Shown piece after piece: positions 11,927-28,350 of a stretch of 64,000 nucleotides of DNA. The stretch spans positions 95,914,001-95,978,000 of the forward strand of contig OZ024740.1 in NCBI GenBank assembly GCA_964016885.1, read 5' to 3'. The first letter of the stretch is position 1; each line of letters opens with the position of its first letter. Position numbers and translations under genes: made by a program. Below the pieces are notes generated by a model, which was given only the letters and a program-made list of their open reading frames with translations, was not told where the DNA came from and did no database searches. This DNA is from Eledone cirrhosa. Lineage: Eukaryota.

Positions 11927-14110
11927 CACTGGTCTGCGTTTCAAAGCTTTTTTAAAAAGGTCAAGGGTTTTCCAAATGATTTAGGACCCTTTTTGCATGC
12001 TGAATTCAAAAATACAGTTTATTTTTCTGGGTCAGGTCTGGTTTCTAAGATATAGTCTATTTCTTTACCAGCATATTTTTCTAAAATATCGCAATCCAAG
12101 CGTTTATGGGCTTTGCTTTTGCAAAACCGGGTCGTGGGTAACCTTTAATAATTATTTTTATTTCTCTTTTCAGGTCTAGAAAAATGGATCGGAAGTGTAA
12201 AAACCATCCTAATAGGTTCTGTTACATCTGCAGACATGTGGTTCTTCCAGACCGTCAAGCAAAAATCACGGATTTTGTGAAGAAGGCATATCACGCTTAC
12301 TTTGGAGTCAAACTAGGGGACCAGGATAAGCTATTCGCTCCCCATATCTGCTGCAAAACATGTGTAGAGAACTTACGGGATTGGAGGAACAAGAAAAGGA
12401 AGAGTATGCCATTTGGTGTCCCAATGGTGTGGAGGGAAGGGAAATATCACGTTACCGACTGCTACTTTTGCATGACAAATCTAAAAGGCATCAATCGCAA
12501 GCACCATGTTCAATACCCTGATGTTCCTTCTGCCATAAAGCCAATCCCCATGGCCCCGATCTTCCTGTTCCTGAGCCAAATGTCACCATGGAATCTAGTT
12601 CTGATTCCGAATCTAGTGACATGATTGATACAGCTAAGTGTGATGAATACAGGTCAGAAGAGGACGACCAACCGGTGCCTTTGACCCAAGCCGAACTCAA
12701 TAACCTGACACGAGACCTGAACCTTTCGAAGGAGTCTGCTCAGCTACTGGGTTCTCGTCTTCGAGAAAAACGTCTACTGGCGCCAGGAACAACATTATTT
12801 GGTATCGGGACCGCGAGAGAGAATTTAGAAAATTCTTCATGTTTGATGAGGCATTTTCACTGGTCTACTGTAGCAATATTGCTGACCTGATTGAATTACT
12901 TGGTCTGAAGTATGTTGCTATGGAATGGAAACTTGTCATTGACTCATCTAACAGAAGTCTCAAAGCAGTTCTTCTGAATATCGGAAACAAGTTTACATCG
13001 ATCCCTGTTGGGCACTCAGTTGAAATAGAAGAATCCCACAAAAGCATGGAACGTCTGTTGTTTGCTCTGAAGTATCAGAAACATAAATGGTTGATCTGTG
13101 GAAATCTTAAAGTTGTTGGACTCATCCTAGGACTTCAAGGTGGTTACACAAAGTATCCATGATTTCTGTGCTTATGGGATAGCCGTGCTGATGACCAGCA
13201 TTATGTCAGACAAGAGTGGCCATTAAGACAAGGATTAACACCTGGATCACACATCGTCTTGTCCCACCCTCTTGTTGAACCGAGCAAGATATTGCTTCCA
13301 ACCCTGCACATCAAACTCGGTCGCATGAAGAACTTTGTAAAGGCATTGGACAGGGAAGGTGGAGGATTTGCTTTCCTCCATCAGAAGTTTCAACGAAAAA
13401 GCATGGAGAAAATTAAGGCAGGTATATTTGATATCCTTAAATAAGGGAACTCATCAAGGATACTAGTTTTGATGATGCACTGAATCCTGCTGAACTCTCT
13501 GCCTGGTTGTCCCTTAAGTCAGTCATTGAAAACTTCCTTGGCAACCACAGCAGTTCCCAGTATCAGAAAGTGGTTGATGAGTTAATGTATTATTTCCGCC
13601 GCCTTGGTGCGCGGGTGTCAGTGAAAATGCACTTCCTCCGGTCTCATCTGGACTATTTTCCAGAGAATTGTGGAGACATCAGTGAAGAACAAGGTGAGCG
13701 CTTTCACCAAGATATCAGTGTTATGGAGGAACGCTATCAAGGCCGATGGGATGTCAACTTTCTGGCCGACTACTGCTGGTGCCTAAAGAGGGATGCGCAG
13801 TCTGCTCAGCACAAACGGAAGTCCCTGAAGAGACCATTCATCCATGAGTAGCGTCCTTAGTTCATTATACTCTTCTTGCTATCTATTCAAAATATTTTGT
13901 AAGACTTCTGTGAATAAATCAGTCTAATATTTTCAATATTGCGTTTTATTCACCTTCTAATAGATCGGAATTTAGGATCTTTTTAATGTGCTAATATTTC
14001 ATTAACCTGATCTGATTGAGTAAAATTAGAATGATTTTTCGATTCAGTGCAAAAAACTGGCCTAAAATCATATATTATATGTTAGACCTTCAAAAAATCG
14101 CAGACAAGTG
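11927..14110 (+). mobile_element. Chapaev3-like (CMC superfamily) DNA transposon, 2184 bp, CAC...GTG termini, TAA target duplication
   Basis: TIRs cactggtctgcg / cgcagacaagtg; taa at 11924-11926 and 14111-14113; the reconstructed empty site aligns without gaps to the paralog at ~21440 (-). Confidence 0.85.
12184..13851 (+). pseudogene. Frameshifted Chapaev3-type transposase
   Basis: C/H-rich N-terminus (FCYIC, APHICCKTC, PMVWRE..H..DCYFC), IDSS, LHIKLG.MKNFVKA, KMHFL.SHLD.FPEN, SEEQGERFHQDI; split over five ORFs; ttttcag just upstream of the ATG may be a splice acceptor. Confidence 0.85.
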
Positions 14111-14136
14111 TAATCATTTGATCCAGAAATATTATA

Positions 14137-14275
14137 TTTACAAACAAACGAACCGGCATAATAATAAGTGTTCGGTAAACCGATAGTGCATGTATATATG
14201 TGTGCATATATGTATATATATACATACTACTGTACGTATGTTTACATATATGTATGTACGTATACATACATTCTT

Positions 14276-14276
<1 letters not shown>
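14137..14276 (+). mobile_element. Fragment of dispersed HHR family B (relative of the 466-bp satellite)
   Basis: Reverse-complement similarity to 15975-16175; direct similarity to 19560-19600. Confidence 0.65.
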
Positions 14277-14333
<57 letters not shown>

Positions 14334-14334
14334 G

Positions 14335-15681
14335 AAAAAGTTAGTCCTTCACCAGTGATCTTCCAACCATCATTGGTATGTCATCGCTTTAAAGACCATA
14401 TACCTCCGGTTGGTGCGAGCAACGGCTAAAAAAAGTCGTTGGGACATGTAAATAAAGGGGACACGAGAGTGTCAACAAACAAAGATGATGAAGCAATGAG
14501 AAGTGAGGAAGAACGAGTCAAGTCCCAAATTTCCATGAATATAAGTTCGGTGAAATCGTGAACGAGAGAGAATAAAGACCATCAAACCTGGTTGAAATGT
14601 GAGCAAGGAAGGAATTCCGTACAGGTCTAACGAGAGGAAGCAGGAATCTAGTCTGTGAATTCGGTGAACATAAGTTCTGTGAAATCGTAGACGAGAGCGA
14701 GAAAAAAAGCGAACCAGCCTGACCAAGAGAGCGAAAGAAAAGAATTACGCACAGGTCAAACGAGAAGAAGGAGGAGGAGGAGAGGTAGTAACAGAGAGTG
14801 AGTGAGTGAAGGGTGAGGAAGAGGCTAACAGCGAGAGTGACTGTTAGAGAGGGGAAAGATACAGAGAAAGAGGAAGCAGTAACAACGAAATATCGGGTCT
14901 CAGCGGGGGAAAAAATATGTGTAAATATGAGAATAAACGTGCTGCGTGGTTGCATTACCAATGATTTTTAGAAGATTACTGATGAAGGACTAACTTTTTC
15001 ACATGTAACCCATTAGCAGCCACGCAGCACGTTTATTCTCATATTTACACATATTTTTTCCCCCGCGATGACCCGTCTATTTCGTTCTTACTGCTTCCTC
15101 TTTCTCTGTATTTTACCCTCTCTAACAGCCTCTCTCTCTGTTAGCCTCTTCCTCACCCTTCACTCACTCACTCTCTGTTACTACCTCTCCACCTCCTCCT
15201 TCTTCCCGTTTGACCTGTGCGTAATTCTTTTCTTTCGTACTCTTGGTCAGGCTGGTTCACTCTTTTTTTTTTTTTTCTCTCTCTCGTCTACGATTTCACA
15301 GAACTTATGTTCACCGAATTCAAAGACTAGATTCCTTCTTCCCCCAGTTAGACCTGTACGGAATTCCTTCCTTGCTCACATTCCAAACAGGTTTGATGGT
15401 CTTTATTCTCTCTCTTTCACGATTTCACCGAACTTACATTCATTGAAATTTGGGATTTGAATCGTTCTTCCTCAATTTTCGTTGCTTCACCATCTTTGAT
15501 TGTTTACACTCTCGTGTCCCCTTTATTTACGTGTCCCAACGACTTTTTTTAGCCGTTGCTCGCACCAACCGGAGGTATATGGTCTTTAAAGCGATGAAAT
15601 ACCAATGATGGGTGGAAGATCACTGATGAAGGACTAATTTTTTCATATGTAACAAATTAGCAACCACGCAGCACGTTTATT

Positions 15682-15685
<4 letters not shown>
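14335..15685 (+). mobile_element. Non-coding element with PLE-type layout: inverted copy (14335-14953) + ~645-bp monomer with ~90-bp terminal direct repeat and ~40-nt tail
   Basis: The left arm is the reverse complement of the right arm; gat(t/c)actgatgaaggactaa...ccacgcagcacgtttattct occurs at ~14974 and ~15618; (TA)n flanks. Confidence 0.75.
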
Positions 15686-15744
<59 letters not shown>

Positions 15745-15766
15745 TATTTATATATGTATATATTTA

Positions 15767-15871
<105 letters not shown>

Positions 15872-15914
15872 ATATATGTGTATATATGTATGTATATAAA
15901 TATATATATATAAG

Positions 15915-16038
15915 TTGAAAAAAATGAAAACGAAATTTCATTTCTCACTCTTAAGATGGCACTTACTTAAATGTAAGTATGTATGTATACGTACATACAT
16001 ATATGTATACAGACGTACAGTAGCATGCATATATATAC

Positions 16039-16073
<35 letters not shown>

Positions 16074-16300
16074 CATATATATATACACATATGCATACAG
16101 GTACACATACATATATGCACGCATCAGTTTAGCCGACGTTTATTATAACGCCTGCTTTGTTCGTTTGTTTGTCAACAAATCGAACAGCCTGAATTTATGC
16201 CATACGGTGTTAAGGCAACCACGTCACCTTTTTGTTCAACACTGACACAGGAACGATGTACTAGTTTCAAGCTTGTTAGCTATCATCAGCACCGTTTACC
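15915..16300 (-). mobile_element. Family B dispersed retrozyme-like copy, HHR at 16254-16294
   Basis: Minus strand cggtg-CTGATGA-tagc-taacaa-gctt-GAAA-ctag-TA-catcg; motif order is colinear with the satellite unit. Confidence 0.8.
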
Positions 16301-16304
16301 CATC

Positions 16305-17700
16305 AGCAAGAGTAAATGGTATTGACTACATTTCTATAAAATATGTTATTATATCTATGATTTTGGGGAAACATTTTCTTCCTACATTAGTTTTAACAAT
16401 CAGATAAAAGGGGGGGGGGGGGGCGTAAACCAAATAATTTTTCTTTTCCTCTTATTGCGTTTAGTGTTAGAGAGAAGATTAGGTAAATAGTTAATATGTT
16501 CGGCGAAATCGCTGTTATTGAGGGCCTTATTATAATCACTACAGAAGGAGATAAGGTAGAAATTCTACGGCTAATGTTAGGAATAAGATTTGTAATGACT
16601 ATAGGTGGATGGCAAGACACTTTGTGTATATATCTTAAATTCTCGTTAGGTTTATGATAAGGTTTAAAAGAGGCAGTAAGTAGATCAAGAAAGTTAGTAT
16701 TAGTAAGATTCGTATCTATAGTCATTTTAAGGTTTAGGATACCAAAGGTATTGATTAAATCTTTACGGAATTTATCAAGGTTATGGTCGTTGGTGGTATG
16801 AGAAAATGTCAAACCGTCGTCTCGGTATAAACCGATATGATGGAACGGAAATTTCTCTTTAAGGGTGTGGAGGAGGAATAATCCTACTAAGTCACACACA
16901 TCAGCACTATCATATGAGCCCATCGCAACATCAACAGATTTATGAGGGCTTGATTTTATAACCCAAATACTTTCATTAGCACAGAGTACTGTTTCCTAGC
17001 ATGAAGATAATGTCTTATTCTAATTTAGAATTATTAATGAAAGGTCTTGCAAAATCTAAGGCTTTTGTTAATAAGGATTCAGTGATAGAGGGGTAAAAAT
17101 CAACAATATCAAATAGGGTAGAACTACACTTATTTTTTCCTTGTATTTTCTTAAACCAAGACATAACAGAGGATATATTTAACCATTGTGATAAGTCAGT
17201 CATAATTCTTATTTGAAGTATAATTATTCTTGAGATTTTTTTACTCGGAAGGCCAACTAAAGGTTTAGCAAGGTTAATTAGTCTACAGCTAGGTCGATTA
17301 GTAAAGTCTTGTTTATGGTCTTTAAGGGTAATATATTTTTTACGTTTAGTTAGTGTTTCAATCTGGTTATCTATTTTTAAAATACTAGCTAGGTTTTTAG
17401 TTTCATTATTAATGGTATTGTAGATATTAATGTTAGCTATTTGATATTTGGCGGTACGGCTATTTGTTTAAAGTTGGTTATACGAAATATTATTTACTTC
17501 AAAAAGATGTTTAGTTTATCAGAAAAAACGAAAGCGTTAATAGAGTGTTTAAAATTAGAAATATCGTTAGAGAGTTTTCAGTGAAAATTATTGTGGGAAA
17601 TACGGTATTTAATTTCACTAATTAAGTTAACTAGGTCTATTTCGAAGTTGCCCATGTCTTTAACTCTAGTTGGGTATTTGTGGGATTTAATGTCAAAATA
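16305..17700 (-). pseudogene. Degenerate PLE reverse transcriptase (YRDD type)
   Basis: FDIVDFYPSI, MGSYDSADVCDLVG, LYRDDGL, NFLD, PYHKPN..L.YI...SCHP, in broken frames. Confidence 0.88.
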
Positions 17701-18055
17701 GTGATTGGAATCAGCACAGAATTGTCCGTCGTAAATAATTGCCTTCCATTTCATTCTTTCAATGACTTGTTAAATTTTATCGATAAACAATTTGATTTAC
17801 GTATGGGTTTTTGTATGCGTGTGTTGATTTCTTATTACGTGCGTGCGAACGCACGCATTTCTATACGTATGCACGTATGTTATGAACCCTGGCTCTTTAT
17901 TGTAGACTTTTATGTGTAGGTATGTGGATGTGTGTGTAATATGGTTATATGCATGTTTATATATACGTGTGTAGGCACGTGGTTGTGTATGTGTATAATT
18001 ATTTTTGCTCGCATGTATCTGTATGTGCACGTATGTTTATTTTATCTTGTTTGTG

Positions 18056-18086
<31 letters not shown>

Positions 18087-18752
18087 GCATATGTGTGTGT
18101 GTGTTTATACGTGTGTATCATTATATGTGCTTGTATATGTGTGTGTGCGTGTGTATGTATGTATGTGTATATGTTTATATATATATATATATATATATGT
18201 ATACGCACATCTCGTGTATTTGTTTATTTTAAAGTTGTGTTAACGTTTAACCCCTCCCTCCACACACTCATACTTATCGTTGTCAACACGTCTCTTGTTT
18301 GTCTTTATTTCGTTTTTGACTTGGTATATTGTTTGTGTTTATTTATTTATTATTTCTTGTAAATATATGTGTATGTATTTATGTGCCTGTCTTTAGACGC
18401 TAGTGCTCTTATGTGAAAAAGTATACGTCGTTGTACTTTTTAAGTATATGCGCGTGGTTTAGTGTGTGTATGTTTAAGTTCTGAATAGTTATTGTTTATA
18501 TATATATATATATATTTCCCCTCTTCTTTTCGCCCGTTTTTTTTCTAAGCCACAAATCCATATTTAATAAAAACACCATGTTGTTTATTCAGTCTCACGA
18601 CTGAAAACAGTTATAATACATACTTTCAAGAAACCACTGGTAAATGAAATAATTATCTTATGTTGTTTATTAAATAACTAATACGCTCTGTAGCATATAT
18701 CGAGCACTCGTTTTTACTTTACCTTTCCGACGGAATTACTTCATTCATAAAT

Positions 18753-18791
<39 letters not shown>

Positions 18792-18795
<4 letters not shown>

Positions 18796-19600
18796 GTAAG
18801 TATATATGTATACGTACACACATATATGTATACAGACGTACAGTGGTATGTATATATATTTATACATGCATGCACACATACATATACGCCCAGCCGACTA
18901 ACTCAATCGATGTGCAAATTAGGCTGCTCAGCGGTTAATATGCATAAGGAAAATATATAATTTCAGACGTTCAACCATCTGACAGAAAAGCATACGATGC
19001 TGACGATAGCGAATAAGCTTGAAACTAGTACATCGTTCCTTTGTCAGTGTTGAGCAAAATGGTGACGATGGTTGCCCGAACAATGTACGGCGTATTTCGG
19101 GCTGTTTGTTTATGCTTTTCTGTCAGATGGTTGAATGTCTGAAAGTATATATTTTCCTTATGCATATTAACAGCTGAGCAGCCTAATTTGCATATCGATT
19201 GAGTTAGTCGGCCGGGTGCACAGAAACAAATAAATGGAAACGAATGAAACGAAATTTCAATTCTCACTCTTAGTACGGCTGGTACTTAAATGTAATTATG
19301 TATGTATACCTTCATACATATATGTATACAGACGTACAGTAGTTTGTATATATACAAATACATGCACAAATATCTATATGTATTTATGGGTTTACCGAAC
19401 AGTATATACTTTCAGACGTTCAACCAATCTGACAGTAAGGTATACGATGCTGACGATAGCTAATAAGCTTGAAACAAGTACATCGTTTCTCTGTCAGTTT
19501 TGAGCAAAAAGGTGACGATGGTTGCCTGAACAGTGTACCGCGTAATTCGGGCTGTTGTTAACAAACAAACCGAGCATTATAATAAATATTCGGTAAACAC
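18792..19600 (+). mobile_element. Rearranged family B cluster, HHRs at 18995-19035 and 19445-19485, with internal inversions
   Basis: cgatg-CTGACGA-tagc...gctt-GAAA-ctag(caag)-TA-catcg twice; 18888-18994 is inverted at ~19112-19219. Confidence 0.8.
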
Positions 19601-19609
19601 ATACGTACA

Positions 19610-20082
19610 TGTATATAATATATATATAATATATATATAATATATATATAATATATATATCATATATATATAATATATATATAATATATATATAATATAT
19701 ATATAATATATATATAATATATATATAATATATATATAATATAAACCCATACGTATATGTATATAATATATATATAATATATATGTATATAATCTATATA
19801 TAATATGCTGTCTTCAGCATGTATATGTGAAGGTATGTATATTTCCTATGATAATTTGTAATATTTTTACTTAGATCTATATGATATAAATGCCAATACA
19901 CATATACATCGGAGAAACGATAGTAAAATGATGAATAATTTAATATAAGGAACTTGTTATATGTTTTTATTTCATTGTTTTATTAATTTATCTTGAATGC
20001 ATCATCTCTTTTCATGATATTTGGATTACATCGTGTTCTTCATACGGATTGGACACTACCGCATATTTTGGTAGATTTATCT

Positions 20083-20121
<39 letters not shown>

Positions 20122-20347
20122 AATATATATATATATAATATATATATACACATAATATATATATGTATATTATATATAATATATTTATACATAATATATA
20201 TATATATACATATATAATTTATATATAATTTATATATATATATATATAATATATATATAACATATATATACATATATAATATATATATAATAAATATAAA
20301 TATATAATATATATATATATAATAAATATATATATATAATATATATA

Positions 20348-20419
<72 letters not shown>

Positions 20420-20589
20420 TTTATATATAATATACATATATACATATATAATATATATATATATAATATATATATATATATAACATATATATATACATAT
20501 ATAATATATATATATATATATATAATGTATATATATATATATAGTATATGTATATATATATATATAATATATATATATATACATATATA

Positions 20590-20620
<31 letters not shown>

Positions 20621-20710
20621 ACATATATAATATATGTAATATATAAATATATATATATATATATTTAATATATAAATATATATATTATATATATTATATA
20701 TATATATATA

Positions 20711-20742
<32 letters not shown>

Positions 20743-20910
20743 TTTATATATAATATACATATATACATATATAATATATATATATATATATAATATATAT
20801 ATATATATAACATATATATATACATATATAATATATATATATATATGATGTATATATATATATATAGTATATGTATATATATATATATAATATATATATA
20901 TACATATATA

Positions 20911-20941
<31 letters not shown>

Positions 20942-21075
20942 ACATATATAATATATGTAATATATAAATATATATATATATATATATTTAATATATATAT
21001 ATATTATATATATTATATATATTATATATATATATATAATATATATATAATATATATATATAATATATATATACA

Positions 21076-21153
<78 letters not shown>

Positions 21154-21212
21154 TAAAAAGTATTCTGTCTCTTATATATTCCATGTGCCATTACCAACCT
21201 CAATTTTCTCTC

Positions 21213-21260
<48 letters not shown>
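19610..21260. repeat. Complex (TA)n low-complexity tracts with an internal ~320-bp duplication
   Basis: Rare interruptions (taacata, tagtatatgta, tgtaatata) recur in the same order at ~20400-20690 and ~20720-20990. Confidence 0.75.
21156..21213 (+). mobile_element. Solo ~55-bp fragment of the PLE A 3' end
   Basis: aaaagtattctgtctcttatatattccatgtgccattaccaacctcaattttctct matches 10060-10115. Confidence 0.9.
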
Positions 21261-21384
21261 CATTAGTTAAGCAAAACAAGACCACACATTTCACAAGTAA
21301 GACATTATTAAAAGATTGTCAACATATTTAGTTTGATGTAAGGAATGTAGAGAATAATAATAATAATAATATTAATAATAATAA

Positions 21385-22072
21385 TGCCCGTTTACAATTG
21401 TTTCGCTACTCCGTATAATGCTTCTGGATCAGATGACTATGTATCATAATTGATCTGATTCAGTTGAAAATAATTAAGATATTTAAAAAAACAGAATGGC
21501 TCATCGGTTCTCACAGGAATATAAATTAAAATAATGTTACATAATATAATGTTCCATATATTAGTTTTTACTATGCTGCCTTTGTTTCATCAGCTGTCAG
21601 CCATAATCAAGCAGTACTCATCTGTCGAGGCTGCATTGTGTGAGATCTGCCTATGGGTAACAAGATGGCTGCCAAAGGGCATATTTACCTTACTAATTAG
21701 AGGGTGATTTCAGGGGAAGTAACTTCTCGAGAGATTAGATATTGTGTGTATTTTATAGTTAAGTGCTAGTATTTAAATTATTTAATTGAGAGACAATGTA
21801 GGGGAGGTAACTTATAATTATCGAGTTGTTCATAGCAATTTAACTTATTAGCTGCAATTAGAGATGGGGCTACATGACTAAGTTGGGTCAAAAACTCTAT
21901 TGGCGAAGGAATTAGCCCTTCGATGTTGACAGCTAATGGTTACCTCCGTTCTATCGTTAATTGGTAGAGGTCTTGATAGAGTTATGTAATACGCTTCCGT
22001 AACACAGAGATCACAAGATTTCCTTCGTCCATTGAACGGTTGTGCCCTAGCTACGATATCCCATTTTAGTGA

Positions 22073-22075
<3 letters not shown>
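21385..22075 (-). mobile_element. 3' fragment of the PLE D family (end of GIY-YIG + 3' UTR) with a long-stem-II HHR-like motif at 21393-21507
   Basis: Reverse complement aligns with 11305-11926; CCGATGA-gccattctg...cggagtagc-GAAA-caattg-TA. Confidence 0.8.
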
Positions 22076-25177
<3,102 letters not shown>

Positions 25178-25268
25178 GTATATATATATAAATATATATA
25201 TGTATATATATATACATATATATATATATTTATATGTTTAAATATATATATATATGTATGTATATATA

Positions 25269-25315
<47 letters not shown>

Positions 25316-25407
25316 GTCTATGTATATATATATATATGTGTGAATATATATATACACATATATATATAATATATATATACATATATATATATATACATAT
25401 ATATACA

Positions 25408-25495
<88 letters not shown>

Positions 25496-25496
25496 C

Positions 25497-25557
<61 letters not shown>

Positions 25558-26275
25558 CATATGTATATATCTATGTATATATATATTATATATTATATAT
25601 ATATAACATATATAAACATATATATATATACATATATATATATATATGGTGGCTGCCAACTCGTTTTCGAGTACGGCCACTACTTTATATCCATGTAGGA
25701 GAACCCCTACCGATGCACTGAACGAGTGTGACTTTTTAGTCCAGCCAGCGTCTTGAAAACTCTGGTACAAACACTACACTTGTGACAATTACTGACACAT
25801 AGTGCTGGGCCCATGGTACCATGTGACGACAAGTGCCGAGAGATCTCCAGATATAAAGCAATGCCTGTGCCGTGAAGCTTTTATAGTGAGCAAAGGCACT
25901 GCACAAAGCCAGTCCCACTCTCTTAACCAAGATGATATTTACCAAAAAGAAGAACAAGTCAACATCATTGGATACCATCAGGGTTGCAGGTGTTATATCA
26001 GAGTTTTCCTTCTCCTAGAATTCTGCCTTGACAAAGGCTAAGGGGTCATCCCTCCCGGTGATTTTGGATGGCCATTGACTCTTAAGAGCTCCTTTGCCCT
26101 TTGACAGGTTTTGTTTTTAGTCCTGCAGGATGTCCAAAGTCACCTTCCTCACCAAGAAACCTTGGTGGGATTGCCAGTTTAGTCGCCAACGACCCGACCA
26201 TGGGACAGGTTGTACTGGGATACATGTTACCAGTAGCACCAACTGGTGACCTGACATATATATATATATATATAC

Positions 26276-26447
<172 letters not shown>

Positions 26448-27007
26448 AAATAATTAGTATATTTACTTACATATGTATACAGATGCATACCTATGCCAGC
26501 AAATATATAGGTTTTGTCTTAGTAACTGTGTGGTTCAATGCATAGGGGTGCAGAACAATAATATGAAAGACGTAAAATAAGAAAATTATAAAAATTAACT
26601 TACATACTAAAATTTCCCTCCAACTAATTAGTTTTTGAAAGGGAATAAACATGGTTTCAGAAGAAACGCACGGAGAAGTCCTTTCGTCATCAGGGAAGTC
26701 TATTCTCAGCTAGGTTTCCAGGCAATGCGTGGGCACAGGGAACTTATACAAAAATAATTCAGTGGATTCAAAAAAGCAAAGCGTGGACTAAGTTCCAAGA
26801 CATTGAAAAAATCACTGCCTATTCGGCTGGTACCAAATTCAAAAGAATCAATCACCTGACATCGAGGTTAATCAGTGAGGAGTGGTTTGTTAAGAAGACA
26901 GCAGCCGAACCATTACTATGAACTATAGTAGCAGTTTTGGGAAATTTTGGCTCAACAAAATAATTTGGAGATAATTATAAAGAATTAGTATATCTACTAA
27001 CATTTAA

Positions 27008-27130
<123 letters not shown>

Positions 27131-27145
27131 CATATATACATATGT

Positions 27146-27211
<66 letters not shown>

Positions 27212-28172
27212 AGATCAAAAGATGGTTAAAGGAGTTCCATGTATTTTATTATGCGCATTTCAAAAACAAACATCATCATGCAATAATATTTGTGTTTTCA
27301 TCAGATAAAACAGGAGGACATGATATGAAGGCTAAAAAACACTTGTGGATAGTGCAGTTTTAAATCAACATATGAGAAGTAGTTTTAGATTGATGTGTGA
27401 TATTGAGAAAAATATTTCATTTAGAGATGGGGGGTGGAAAGGATGAACAAAAGCGGAGGAGATGAGAGTGAAGGTGGAGAGGGAGAGATGGGTGATAGAG
27501 AGAGAGAGATAGTTTTTATAACTGAGAAAGATATATTGTTTTTCATAGAGAGGTTGAAAACCGTTGGAAGATAATGTATAAATTAAAAGAATTTGAAAAT
27601 TAACGAAGGGAAACATATGTACGAAGAAGGAGAGGGAGTTAATATGTATTGAGATTAAAAAGTTTGATGATAGAGAGAATAGAATAATGAATTGCGGATG
27701 GATATTCTAACGTCAAAAAACTGTGTATGTTTAAAAGTATTAGGGAAATTTGAAAAATTAACGAAGAGAAAAAAAAAATTATTAAGGTTTGTGTATTGAA
27801 GGATTTGAGAAAAATAATGTGAAGTTAAGGTTTGTATATTGAAGGAATTGATAATATGTGCGAAGAAAGAGTTAATATGTATTAAGAATGAGTTAGATGA
27901 TGGGGAGAAAAAATAATGAATTAAGGATGAATAATCTGGCGTCAAAACAAATGCATATGTTACGAAGGATTTTACAAGGTGAAAATAGAGTAAGGGTAAT
28001 GAGTAAACAAGTATTATAGAGTGTATAATACCCTTTGAAATAAGGTAGGAAGATGGGTATATTTTAAAAGAGGGGTATATTATGTGCCTTTGAGAAAAGA
28101 TTCTAAATTGATAAAGAATTGAATATTAGCTGTATACTTTGAGAAATGTCTACAATAAAACTCACCTCCTAC

Positions 28173-28215
<43 letters not shown>

Positions 28216-28309
28216 TCAGGTTGTCAATAATGTAATGTAGTGATAATATATCGTTACGTTACATAATAAATTCCTTTCCAAAAAAGCACTTTCATTTTAT
28301 ATTCATCTT

Positions 28310-28345
<36 letters not shown>

Positions 28346-28350
<5 letters not shown>

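Noticed and set aside
15595-15645. gaaa...ctgatga motif in the 645-bp element as an HHR
   Set aside because: No UH site or stem II/III arrangement fits type I, II or III.
25648-26255. GC-richer island with short ORFs, possible exon or LINE/SINE fragment
   Set aside because: No recognisable protein motif, splice pattern or tRNA boxes; cannot be classified without a search.
26678-26700. Minus-strand CTGATGA-C-GAAA motif
   Set aside because: Only one nucleotide lies between the core halves and there is no stem I or III pairing.
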